Shown here one piece after another: positions 12,740 to 25,420 of a DNA stretch of 64,000 bases. The translations under genes were made by a program, and so were the position numbers. Every line of letters begins with the position of its first letter. Position 1 is the stretch's first letter. The notes below the pieces were generated by a model, which was not told where the DNA came from, did no database searches, and saw only the letters and a program-made list of their open reading frames with translations. This DNA is from Camelus ferus (Eukaryota): contig NC_045696.1 of NCBI RefSeq assembly GCF_009834535.1, positions 69,690,001 to 69,754,000 on the forward strand. Reading direction: 5' to 3'.

Positions 12740-13945
12740 AATCCCTCACTTCTTAGATGAGGAAACTAAGACTTGGAGACATGAAATTACCTTCTTTAGG
12801 TTACAGAGCTAGTTAATGGCAAACATCATTTTCTAAACTCCAAATTCAATGTTTCCTAGGACCTATCACTAAAGTTGTCAACCAAAGGAGGTACTGTCCA
12901 CTGGAAGCAATGGCAGATGTGTGGGAGCCTTTTTGATCATCATAAGACAAGGGGATACTATTGCCAGTTAGTGGATGGGAACAGAGAAGTTAAACTTGCT
13001 ACAGGGCCAGGAAGACCTGCACAATGAAGAGAGAACTGTCCAAAATACCAACCACACCTCTGTTGGGAAAACTTACAGGAACTGTGCCTAGAAATCAGGT
13101 TTCTGGGGTCAAGGTCCAGCCCACCATTAGTGAGCTATGTGACTGGGCAAGTCACCAATCCTTCTCATTCATCTTGAAAGTGAGAGTTTTATACTGGACA
13201 GAAGCTCACATCTTCCAGCCTTTGACTTGCCCAGATTCTGTCATCACATTTGGTTGGCCCCTCAGAGGAGGCCAACAGTGGCCATTAGCTGACTCTGCCA
13301 ATGACACACAGGTGTAGGCAGGGTAAATCCCCAACCCTTCTCTTTGTAACCTCCTTGGCCTGGGCTGGTTCACAGATTCACTAAGCTAGGCATCAAGCAT
13401 CTTTGATTGTAACTATGCTCTTGTTTATAAAACTCTTTATAATTACAAAGCATTTTCACCACACTATTTCATTCACTCCTCCCATTAACCTTATGACGTA
13501 GTTATTACTACAACTACAATTTTATAAATGAGAGAAACCAGATTCAGAGTACAAATGACTTGCCCCAGATAACTGGGTCAGTAGTTGAAAGATGGAGCTG
13601 GGATGAAGCCCTGTCTTCTGAGTCCAAATTCAAAGCTCTTTTCAGGTCCGCTCTCCACTGCCCCACCATTGTCCTGTGGACAAGTGCCAGTCTTGGACCT
13701 GCTGCCTTTGGTCAGGCTGGGCGATGATCTCTCTTCCCCATCCTCCTTCTCTCCGACCACTCTTTTCACCCAGGATCAGAAATTAACTAGAGAGCAAGTA
13801 AGAAGACCACAAGCTTGCTCTGAGATTACTTACAAAACAGCTTTCTAACAACCAACAATGGACAGCCCACTGATTTGAAAGATAGTGAGCTCTCTGTTGC
13901 AAGGAGTGTTTAAGAAGACATTGGAAGACTATCTGGCAAAGATGT
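12740..13945. mobile_element. Cluster of MIR fragments, a MER20-like hAT (about 12885-13075) and a CR1/L3-type 3' fragment (about 13860-13945)
   Basis: MIR core gatgaggaaactaag. MER20-like ttgtcaacc...gttgggaaaac. CR1-like gatagtgagctctctgttgcaaggagtgttta. Confidence 0.6.
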
Positions 13946-14789
13946 GATAGAGGAAATGCCTGATTTGCAAACTAAAAAGGTCTTCACAGTTCTTTCCAAA
14001 TTTGAAGTAGAGGCCTCTGTGCTTAGGAAGACAGCATGGTTCGGAAGCTGGCTGGGCAGAGGCCCAGGCTGTGGAATAGAGACAAGTCTGGAGGAGAGAA
14101 AGAAAAAAAAAAAAAAAATCGGAAAGAGATTTTGAAGACGAAAGCAGATTCTTATCTTCCAAGAAAGAGACTGGAGCCCCAACAGGGATGTGGAGACAAA
14201 CTGGGTTGATGCCTAAGGAGGAAGTTAGGGGAAATGTCAGTATTTCTCAAATAGCCTTGCCCAAAAATGTGTCAACAAACACCCAGCCAAACTTCACTGC
14301 TCAGGCAACACAGACCAGAATCAGACGAGCAGTCTCTTGAGAGAGAAGTACTTGAGTTAAAAATATATTAAATTCACAATCAATCAAAAATGCTATAGGC
14401 TCAGAAAATGTCTTTGAATTAGACATCTTTCATTTCCCTGGAAGCAGGTGGTGTGGGATTCTTTTTAAAGCATTATCTGAATCAACACGTGCGGGTGAAG
14501 GGGACTGGCCTTCAGTGGGAAATTGGCATTTCACCTTTCAGCAATGTTTTGAATGCAATTCTAGGGGCAGTTCCGGGGACTACTGCTTTTCTTGCAATGG
14601 AAGCCAGGTCCAGAATGTATCTTGGCAGCCTGGTAGCTTGAAATAAGAAATGATTTCAGGTGAAAAAAGGATTCACATTTACAGTAGCCTACAGAATGCC
14701 CTTCCCCAAGATCCTTTAGAAATCTCATTCAATTTCTCTTTTCAACAAGGGTACAAAGACTTTAATAAGTTTAGGAAAAAAGGTTTTAA

Positions 14790-16935
14790 AATAACTCCTT
14801 TTCTTACACATGTAAAACATTGAGAAAATATAGATGTACCAAAAGAAGGAAATAAGCATTATGTGTTTCGCCACCACCCAAAAATAAGTATTTTGGTATG
14901 TTTACTAGATTTTTTTTAGTTTGAATTTTAGTTTTTTTGAATGGTACAAAATCAAAGTGGTATTAAAAAGATTCCTTGAAAAGTGTTGTCCCCACCCCAC
15001 CTCCATCTATCGTGTTTCCCACCCACTCTCACCCTCTTAGGTGAACTCTTTTTGGTTGTTTGTGGATCCTTCCAGTGTTCCTAAATGCAGATCCAAGTAA
15101 AAACATAAATTTTTACTTTACACCTTTCTTACTATGAAAGGCAGCGTACTGCATTCACTGTATCTAGCATCTTACACTTGACAATATATCCTAGTTCAGA
15201 TTTTTTCATGTGTTTTTTGCAAACATTTTCGTTTTTGCTAAAATGGAATCTTATTTTTGTAATTTGCTTTTTTCACTTAAGAATCTTTTATAAAAATGTT
15301 TATGTATCATCAAACATTCAACAGTATGATTTTTTAAATTTATTTTCATTTATTTATTGTATTTTGGGTTTTTGGGTTGGGGAGGGAAGAAATTACATCT
15401 ATTTATTTATTCTTGGAGGAGGTACTGGGGATTGAACCCAGGACCTTGTGCATGCTGTGCATGCTAATCATGCGTTCTACCACTTGAGCTACACCCTCCC
15501 CCAGACAGTATGATTTTTAAAGGCTACAATGTCAGGAAAAAGCCATGGTACACTAATATGGCTGGTTTGTGCCTCCCCCAGGATAGTCCCTGGAATAACA
15601 AAGCAAAATTCTCTGGCCCCTGGAGTCAAGAGGCTTATGGACGAGTCCCAGCGCAGACAGTTACCAGCTGTGAGCACGTAGGCAAGACTGAGGCTGTGAG
15701 CATCAGTTACCAGTATTTTCACCTTCTCACTCACAACAATGCCAGCCTGGCCTCTAACCCAGGACTGCAGTGAAGAGTAAACAAGACAATGGGTAGGAAA
15801 AGACCATTCAATGTGCAGCAACAAGGTGTTAAAATACTGACATAGCTACACCATACACACATGCACACACCTAAGCACACAAGTGTCTACATTTTAATAG
15901 GGAACTCTTTTGGTTACTATTTTATGATTTTTTGATAAACATCTTTTGCCAAAATTTGAGTCTTCTAAAAACATTTTTCTTGTTACATATTTCATGATAT
16001 GCATTATAGAGAAATTTGGGGAGCAAAGGAGAAAATAATCTAGAAGTTATTTGCAAAATCCTTCCAAAATTTTCACAGATTTATGACTGTATGTGTACAT
16101 ACATACACACATATAATTTACAAAACTGGGCTCATAGTGTATAATTTGTTTTTGTAATCTCCTATTTCCATTCAATAACATATAATAAATACCATTTCAT
16201 ATTCACAAATATAATGTTATTGTTATTAAGAGCTACATAGAATTCTACTGTATTAATGAAATACTACACTTTGTCTAAACAATCCACTTTGGTTGGCAAT
16301 GTAAGTTCTTTTGAGATGTTTGTGATTGTGTGTAATGCTGTACTGGACATCTTCATAGCCAAGTATTCACACTCATTGAAGGAGTCCATTTAGCACAAGT
16401 GTTGCATGTTCTCTATTCACTCAACAACAGCTCTTAAGCACCCGTTAGTCACCATGAATTGTCGAGGTGCTAGGGTTACAAAGATGAATCTGAAACAAGA
16501 ACTGTTAATCTAGGAAAGGATACTGAGAGATTCGTAATTACATTTTCAGCTCGCTGACCATCCCCAGGTGTCCTGGTGTCTCTGGTGACCCCTTTCACAA
16601 CCCTAAATCTTATTCATACAGCCACTCTACTCCCTCACCTGAAATGAACCTTTCTCTGCCTGGCATACTTCTACTCATCTGTTAAGACTCAATCCAAATG
16701 TCCTTTCCTCTATGGAGACTTCCCGACCCCTAAATGAGTCTCTCGTGGAGAATTTTAAGGCCTCAGAGCACCTGCTGCATTCCATGTGTAATTATCCATA
16801 TACCTCCTTATCTTATCACTTTCTCTGCACTGTACGTTCCTTGGAGTTGAAGACTTTGTCTTATTATTTCCAGCTCTGCCCAGCAAGATGCCTAGCACAC
16901 AGAAGGTGTTGCCATGGAATGTTTATTGAATGAAT
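14790..16935. mobile_element. Old L1ME (minus) and L2 fragments
   Basis: T-rich L1ME 3' antisense pattern, and an L2 3' end tgtttattgaatgaat at about 16920-16935. Confidence 0.55.
15335..15504 (-). mobile_element. Vic-1-like SINE
   Basis: ggtactggggattgaacccaggacc...gagctacaccctcccc. TSD acagtatgattttt at 15321-15334/15505-15518, and an internal gtgcatgct duplication. Confidence 0.92.
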
Positions 16936-17194
16936 CAGTAGTACTGTGAGATTAGTAAAATAACAAATACAAGAACTGAAGCTATATTATTGGCAAAGCA
17001 GGGCTCTTAGCAAAGGCCCACGGTTAGCAACTTTTTTAAGGGATGACTCAGCTGTCCTGGTCCACGGGCAGGGCTAGCTTTTCCCATGTCCACACGTTGT
17101 CATTCTCTCTCTCTTGACCCTGACTATTGAAGACCTAGACTTCATTCCGAGGTGTCATGGCTCACTTAGGCAGCCTAGGGGCACCATGAGGTCA

Positions 17195-17400
17195 CTAGGG
17201 CCTAAAACTTGCATAATTAGGGGAACCTTTTAAAAGAAAAATGTACAAAATCATGAATATCAAATTAGGTATATTTATATCAACCAAGGAAAGAAATCAC
17301 AAGTTACAAACTTCAAAAGCTGACGAACATTGCAAAATCCATAACTGCCCAATGCACCTCTCTAAGGCTTTTTTAATTTTTAAATTATGCTGAGGAAAAT
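17195..17400. mobile_element. Zaphod/MER115-like hAT-Tip100 fragment
   Basis: gggcctaaaacttgcataatt...aaagaaatcacaagttacaaacttcaaaagctgac. Confidence 0.55.
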
Positions 17401-17452
17401 ATACATGAATCTGAAATTAAGGAGTACATAAGAGCAATTCAAGTACATTTTA

Positions 17453-17607
17453 TTTTTTTAATTTTTTCTTGAAACTCATTCTCATATTTATTCTTGTTTT
17501 TTCTTTTCTTTTCTTTTCTTTTCTTTTCTTTTCTTTTCTTTCCTTTCCTTTCCTTTCCTTTCCTTTCCTTTCCTTTTCTTTTTTTTTTTTTTGGAGGTAG
17601 GAGAAAG
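17453..17607 (-). repeat. (TTTTC)n/(CCTTT)n microsatellite inside a TSD-flanked insertion
   Basis: Flanked by the direct repeat tcaagtacatttta at 17439-17452 and 17608-17621. Confidence 0.85.
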
Positions 17608-17621
17608 TCAAGTACATTTTA

Positions 17622-18600
17622 AATGGCTCTAATCTGGGGCAGGAAATATGCATGATAAACCTGTAGCATGTTGTTGTGCCAGAGAGTAAATAAATACTGA
17701 AAAAACAGATGGTCACCTGCCAGAAGGACATGGGAACCAACAGGAAATGCTCCTGATGCATCGAAACAATCTGAGCAACTAAAATAAAGAAGTATAGGAT
17801 TATAACCCTAAGTATAAAATAAATATCCAGAGTCCACATTGATATAAATAAATTGAATAAATAGAAAAAAGAAAGGAAGGAAAGAAGAAAGAAATGAAGG
17901 AAGGAAGAAAAAGAGAAAAATTCCAAGTAGACGAATTCCAAATAATTTATGTAGACACTGCTTCCTCAAGCAGAGTTACATAACCCTCCATCCTGTAAGT
18001 GTGCAGAGTAATTCTTTTCCAAAGAATACAGTAGGAAAAAGGCAGGGATGGGAGGAGTAACATACAGTGGAGAAGCCTGGCAAACACTGCCTCAGCCAGG
18101 TAATCAAAGTAACACTAACAGTGATTGGTCATGTTGCTAGGACAAATCCTTGACATGATGAGATGAGAATGGCACTCTACCTCTGCGGCTCTTCTCTCCA
18201 AAACCCACAACCCCAATCTAATCATGAGAAAAACAGACTAATTCCATTCAAGGGGCATTCTATAAAATCTGACCAGTACTCCTCAAAACCGGTCAAAGCT
18301 TCAAAAGAAGGAAAATTTGAGAAACTGTCACAACCATGAAGGGCATTAAGGATACATGACAATTAATGTAATGTGGTGTCCTAGATGGGATTCTGAAACA
18401 GAAAAAATGACATTAGGTAAAAACTAAGGAAATCTGAATAAACTATGAACTTTAGTTAATGATACTGTATCAATAGTAGTTCATTAACTGTAACAAACAT
18501 AACTTACTCATGCAAGATATTAATAGTAGGGGAAACTGGGTACAGGGAATACTGACACTGTCTTCACAACTTTTCTGTAAACCTAAAACTACTCTAAAAA
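17622..18600 (+). mobile_element. L1MC/L1MD-type 3' UTR
   Basis: tacagtggagaagcctggcaaacac, gtaatgtggtgtcctagatgggattctg and ttttctgtaaacctaaaact. Confidence 0.8.
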
Positions 18601-19124
18601 AATACTAACACAACATTGTAAATCAACTACACTTCAAAAAATTAAAGTCTAGGAGGAAAAATGGCTATAGTGTTGTACTGAACTCCATAAATGTGTAATT
18701 GAATTATCCCTAAACTTAAATTATTCTTGCTAATGAACATGTGTTGGAATTTTATCATGAGAACACTTGTTCTTAGGCCATCTTGCTGCATCAGAAGAAA
18801 TTTTCCCTGTTCTTTTGTCTGAAACAACCAGACTTGATCAGTAAATGACGAGTTTCCATATCTTACCTGGAAGTATATTCTAAAAAATTAACAGATGGAG
18901 GTGAGTACTCCAACAGATAAAAGTTGAACTAAGAATGAGGGCCTGGAGCTAAGTAAATCGGTTCTCCTCTCCCCAACCCTCTGTGGCATCCAAGGGACTG
19001 CCCAGGGCTCTGAGCAGTCAATCTGATCATTTATTCAACAAATATTTGTGTTGCTAGGGGATACAGTCATAAACAAGAGAGACAAGACCTCTGCCTTCAG
19101 TAAGAAGCAGTCTGAAAACCCTGG

Positions 19125-19292
19125 GCTGGTTGGAAACCCTGGCTGGACTTTAGAATCACCTGGGGAGATTTTTAAATATTACCAACGTCTGGGCTTCTCC
19201 CCAGCATCTCTGAGGATGGGACCCAGGAGTGTTTATGCATTAAAAGCTCCACCAAGAGATTCTAAAGTATAACCAGGATTAAGAAACATTGA
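19125..19292. mobile_element. MER5-family MITE
   Basis: ttagaatcacctggggagatttttaaa...gattctaaagtataaccaggattaagaaacattg. Confidence 0.7.
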
Positions 19293-20509
19293 CTAAATGA
19301 TCTAAGAACAACCTGCCCTAAAATGGATGTTCTGTGATCTTAGTCACCATGGAAAAGGAGGAGAAAGGGGCTGAAGTCCAGATCCCAGGGAATGTCCCCT
19401 CCCCTGAGAGAGCCTGGGGGGAAAGGAGCCTGGGTGGCAGAGGTTTCTCAGCTGAAAGCAAGGCTGGTGCTGGCAGAAGTGGGGGCGAGGGGCGGCGCCG
19501 AGGAGCAATGGTGCGTAGCAGCCCACGCACTTGCTCGTTTTAGAACAAATCAGCTCTTCTCAGACATATGTACTGAAGAAGCCTCCTCCTGGAATTTTCC
19601 AGACAGAGCTGAGGACTACTCCCAGCATAAAAGCATCAAGCCTAGATTTGACTTACCCTGATACAAAGGATCTCAAGGCTGGAAGGTCCTTAAGGGTGCG
19701 CCCTCTCCCCCTCAAAACCCCCTACTCCAAGCACATGCCTCACAAGCTCTATGTTTCAGAGTGAGTTTTCGTGGTGCAACCTCACGTACCATGTAGGTAT
19801 TTGATCTGCCTTTTGGCATTTTCACAACTGCAAACAAGTGCTCTGTTTAAGGAAAACCCTAGAAAACGTGGCCAAGGGATAAAGAAAGGGAGGAACAAAA
19901 ACCCAGTAGCCTGAGTTAAACAAATTCCCACCCCCTTATAATCTTATAGGGAAGGTATGACACTCTCCGCTTTACAGAGGAAGAAACTGTGCCTTAAAGA
20001 GTCAGAGGTCTTCTCCAAGGTCAGTTAGGTAGCACTGGAGAACCTAGGATTTACTTCATCTGCAGGACTCCATGAGGAAAGTATGACCATCTTTGTTTTC
20101 GGATAAGGAAACTGAAGCAGGAAGACGGTGGGCAGCAGCGTTAGGCTTCCACGTTGGTCTCCTAGTCCAAGGTCAGCGCTGTCTTCAAGGTATCACGGCT
20201 GCCTGTTGATCTGGGAGGCCCTGCTGCTCCCCCCACCCCACCCCATCCACCCCAGGAGAGGCTCTGGAGAACTCACCAGCACTATCTTTGTAACCTCTCT
20301 ATAAGTGTAAAATTATTCCAAAGCAAGTTTATTTTGAAACATCAAATATTCAATATTATTGCTCTCAAGCTGTTTGCATATACAATAAATAAACAAGATA
20401 AAATTATTTTAAGTAGTAGTTTTTTCATCTTTACACATTTTTCAGTACCTATGTCTGTATATGTTTTATAACGTGCATACTATACCACTACAGTAGCATA
20501 TATACAAGT

Positions 20510-21460
20510 TATCTTAGTTTATTGGAGCTGCTGTAACCAAGTACCACATGGTACATAGGTACAGAACAACAGAGCAGGGTGGGAGTATAGCTCAGTGGTA
20601 GGGCATGTGCTTAGCATGCATGAAGTCCTGGACTCAATCCTCTGTACCTCCATTTTTTTTTTACAAAAATTATATTAAAATTTTATTTTAAAAAACACAG
20701 AAATTTATTGTCTCACAGTCCTGAAGGCTAGAAGTGTGAAGTCAAAAGTGTGGGCAGAGCCATAAGCTCTCTCTAAAGACTAGGAAAGAATCTGTTCCAT
20801 ACTTTCCTCTTTGCTTCTGGTGTCTAGTGTTTGGTGTTCCTTGACTTCTAAACATATCACTTCAGTCTCTATCCCCAGTGTCACATGTCTTTTCCCTGTG
20901 TGTCTCTCTCTGTATCTTTTCTTCTTATGAGGGCACCAGTCACATTGGATTATGAGCCCACCCTACTCCGACAGGAGCTTAACTTACATCTTAACTACAT
21001 CTGCAACAATCCTGTTTCCAAATAAGGTCAAATTCTGAGGTTCCAGGAAGGACATGAATTTCAGGGGACATTAGGCAACCCGGTGTAGTCTGCCCTCTGG
21101 CTCCCAAAATTCACATTCATCCCATGTACAAGATATATTCACCTGTTCCCAAAATCCCCAAAAGGTTTAGGTCATTCCAGCATCAACTCTAAATCCAAAA
21201 TCTCACCTAAATGTCATCAGTTTTTTTTTTTTTTTAAATCCCAAATTTCATCATCTAAATCATTTCTAGGTAAGACTTGAGATATGATACCTCCTGGAGC
21301 AAAATTCCTCTCTATCTGTGGACCTGTGAAACCAGAAAACAATTATCTGCTTCCAAAATACAATGGTGGGACAGGCATGGGATGGATATTCCTAGTCTGA
21401 AATAGAGAGAAAGGAAAAAAGAGCTCACAGGTCCCAAGCAAGTCTGAAACCCAATGCAAA
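20510..21460 (-). mobile_element. MLT1C-like LTR (about 20510-21088) with attached MLT1 internal sequence
   Basis: LTR motifs gctgctgtaaccaagtaccaca and tttccaaataaggtca. These are followed by int motifs ccagcatcaactctaa and ttatctgcttccaaaatacaatggtgggacaggcat. Confidence 0.8.
20577..20695 (+). mobile_element. Vic-1-like SINE (short form) inside an MLT1C-like LTR
   Basis: gtatagctcagtggtagggcatgtgcttagcatgcatgaagtcctggactcaatcc. Confidence 0.88.
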
Positions 21461-23399
21461 AATTTAGGTAATGGTCTAGGTTTATTAGTCTAGTCTAGCT
21501 ATTTTTATGTTTGTTTAAAATTTTCCAAAGTTTAAAAAAAAAATTAAAGAAAAGGAAAAATATCTCCTTTCCCCCTACTATTAAAAAGGGCAGGCATATT
21601 GCAGAAAAAAATGCAAACAAGCAAACAAACAATAAATATCACTCCTAACTCCTTGGTCCAGAAGTTCACATTTGGTACATTTCCACATATACATTGAATT
21701 TATTTTCTATATTTTCTCACTCTTCTACGTTATCTCTGTATTATACAGATGAAAAGGGGAAATTGAGGTATATTATATACAGGATTCTAACCACTTTGGC
21801 CTAGCAGTTTATGTCTCATACCACATATTTCCTAGCCTTTGTTACAAATAGCCTTGATGGAAGAAGCAGTTGAACTTTCAAGTGATATCCAACCACCAGC
21901 CACCAGCCACCAGCCGCCAGCCATCGATCACCACTAACGAGATCTGTTGGGATGAGAAGATTTCTAAGAATAGAATGAAAAGTTACCTTTTTCAGATCAA
22001 AGTCCTGGGTTTTTTAAGCTTTCTGACAGTGACTTGCATTCTTTCTTTTCTTTTCTGGCTCACTATGATGGAGGCTCTAAAGAAATTAAACTCTAAAATA
22101 CATTCTCACAAAACATTGTGGAGGAAGAGGATCACAGAAATAATTCTTTGAGCTAAGGTATCCGCAGCTGTCAATCTGTAGAGTTGTTTATTTTTGTTTT
22201 CAAGTATTGACTAAAATTCTAGGACTGCGCATCAATTCTGGGAGAGATATTTCTCCAACAAGCAAATTAAATGTGAACTTAAAAGAAACATCCCTACTAT
22301 GACTAGGGACAAGCTAGGATTGGATTAAACTGTTTAATAATACAGTGTTGAAAATCATTCAAGCTACCTCATAAAATTCCATTTGCATATTTATATCTCC
22401 AAACATTTGCTCAGTAAATTCACTTTTTGGAGTTAAGGTTTTGAAAATGATGTTGAAGTTCAACTATTTAATGAAATGTTTTATTTTTCTTTAAAAATAA
22501 ATAAAATCACAGTTAAGTGTAACAATCCCAGCAACCCAGCATCAGTCAGCTCCCCTTCCGTCAGACCATGTATCCTTCGCCCACAACTGTTTTTATTAAC
22601 TGGGATACCGTCCACCTCTGTGTAACTTTATGAAATGTGTTTTGGCTTGGAGCACAGAAAATCCATTTAGACATTAATAGTCTAGCTGCGAGTTCTGTTA
22701 TTCATTCACAAGAGTAACAACAGTGTGCTGTGATTTTTTTCCAGCATTTTTCCCTTAATTTTATTGGCTAATAAAATCCAAACACTGGAATCTTTTGCCC
22801 AGAAAGTGGCGCCAAAGGAAAGCAGCTGCCCAACCAGACCCCCAGGGGTGCTCCAAGTAGGACCTGAGTCTTGGATGAGGCCCCAAGGGAGAGAGGAAGA
22901 CCTGCTCTCCAACAGATAGGCCTCCCCACAGGGTCAGCCAAGGGTTTTCCTTATGTCTTCCTGAATGAAGGAGGGAAACTCTGGTCTGTCTCTGGTTTTA
23001 GAAATTCAAAATGGCAGTATCACTAGGGAGCATTCCCTCATTTAATTCTTTCACTCAAACATTCTTTTTCTTCTAAGACTCCACAAGAAATTTTGAGCAA
23101 ATATTATGTAACAGGTTCTATGCAAGGTGTTGGTCATACAGAAAGGCGCTCATGGCTTAACAGAAGAGAGACACGTAAACCCATAATTACAGCACAACCC
23201 AATGGCTGCCATCATGAGACAGAAACAAAGTACACAGAGGCCCAGGGAAAATTTGGCACAAACTCAATTAAGCTAAAATTTAAAAAGGAAAACAACTGGC
23301 CAGTCTATTCTAACTATTTGTAGAAATAATTACCAAAAAGCTATTATTTATACTACATGAATGTGGGTAAAATACATAGAGGAACATCACCTCAACCCC

Positions 23400-23960
23400 A
23401 TTAGACAAATGGTAAGAGACAGAAGTAGGCAATTAACACAACAACAGCAAAATTAATGAAGAAGCAGTTTGAAAATGTCCTCTATTTCATTAGTCTTCAG
23501 ACACACAAATACTAAAACAACAAAACCCAAAATGTATAAAAATCCAGTTCTTGGAAATCTGTGGAAAAACTGAAACTCCACTTAATCTAGTAGCAATGTA
23601 AATTCATACAAACCTCTAGGAAGACAATTGGGCCATATGACACAAGTCAAAATAGTAATTATATTTTGAAAACCAAGACTCTCAACTCCACAGAATTTAT
23701 CCTAAGGAAATAATTGTAATGAAGAAATAAAACTATATGTATAAAGATGTTTGCCACGGTTATTTATATTATTGTTATATACTATTGTCACTATTATTTA
23801 TATTAGTGATAAACTGGATATAACATACATACCTAATGTAAGGGGAGTGTTTTAGTAGATTACAAAAATAATTATAAAGGCTTTGTAGTAACATGAGAAA
23901 TGGTTTACTTCTCAATATAGAATTTAATAGAAGGAAAACACAACGCTGTATATAAAATAA
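23400..23960 (+). mobile_element. L1ME 3' fragment
   Basis: gaatttatcctaaggaaataat and tatgtataaagatgttt. Confidence 0.65.
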
Positions 23961-25099
23961 ATATAACTCTGGCTTCCAGATCCAGCTGGGACTCCAGCAT
24001 CAAAAACCCTCAGCTGGAACAGATTTCAAAACAATTTAGGAAACTTAAGGCTAGATAATTCCATGGAGTTAACCCACCCTTCTCTTTTATGCTCCTTTCT
24101 CCCTAGCCACCTCCCACTCTTGTCATCCTCTGCTTGATTTATTCCATTTTAAGATTCTTTTTTACCTCTCTGACTCCCTCCCTTTGCGGGTAGAAACTAT
24201 GTCCTCCTTACTTTTGTAACCACCTACCCCTTCACCAGCCGCTAACAAATTCAATAGAGTCATGATTATTTAATTTACTTAACAATGTACAAGTATGTCT
24301 TTGAGAGAGTACAGAGAAAGGATGATAATTTTGTTAGGCTGTTGGCACTGAGAGAGCATTTTTAAAGTTTTTCGTTTTATAACTATTTTTTTTTTCTTTT
24401 TTAAAGATAGAACCCCAATCGCCTGGGCAGGATTTCAGTGTGGTGTCTGAAATCAGACTCTAGACATTTATGCCCCATATGAGCAAGCAAGCTTATCTGG
24501 AAAAATAATTTTATAAACTTGAAAGACAAGTCAAGACATTTTTGAACAAAAAAGTAGGAAGGGGCCCTATTCTGTAGACATGATAACTTCTTTTAAAGTG
24601 ACCGTAATCATGTGACTGAGAAAGATATCAACCATCCAGGCACCTATCTGAGTGTGACTGTGTGGTTGGGTCATCACTGGAATAGGTCTGACTTTAAGAC
24701 ACACACGGAGCATGTATACCCAAGTGTTCCGTAGTGCTGGGCGCCCACACACTTTTCATTGTGAGCTTTGATGGGGCTGAAGGACCACACTTGGCAGAGT
24801 AGCAAAGGGCCCACCTTGGACATGACTCAAGTTCACAGTGAGGCATCATTTATTTCCTTTTTCCTCTTGTCAGTAATTCTCCAAAATGCTCTAGTTTTAT
24901 GATATGGTTTTTAAAAGAATTAAACTCGAATAGCACAAAATTGTATAATTATGTGAGAATTCAATTGCAATTATTAACAGATCCAAGTCTGCTACATCAT
25001 TATTAGGTAATAATGCTGATGATAATAATAATGATGATTGTAACCTCCACAGTCTGTTTACCGTGTGCCAAATACAGTGCTAACCAACTGGGAAGACGA

Positions 25100-25420
25100 T
25101 TAGGCCTACCAGCCTGTGAGTTCATGTGTCCTAGTTATTTAGCATAAACAAATTTTAGGAAATTCAGGTGAGCCACAGTCTGGAAGCAGATGAGTCACAT
25201 TTAGCTCCCAGAATGTATATTGGACGCACAAGCCCTAGAGCAGTGCCCACATCCCCACGTGGCAACCATGGGCAGGAGCTGAATTTCTGAGGTTCCCTTT
25301 AGACAAGGCATGCACTTTCTAGTTCACCAGTCCCCACGGCTCCCCACTGGGCTGACATCCAGTCTTCTTCTTACATTTCCATCACTTGCCTGTCTCCTAT
25401 ACATTTGAGTTTTCAACCCT
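25100..25420. mobile_element. MER102-like hAT element
   Basis: tttagacaaggcatgcactttctagttcaccagtccccac. Confidence 0.55.

Noticed and set aside
17450..17941. 163-aa ORF with a KERKG repeat
   Set aside because: It is a translation of the microsatellite and antisense L1.
21893..21923. (CCACCAG)4 and other short tandem duplications (about 34994, 47744) as an array system
   Set aside because: They are simple slippage duplications without spacers. No CRISPR-like or other array exists in this eukaryotic DNA.
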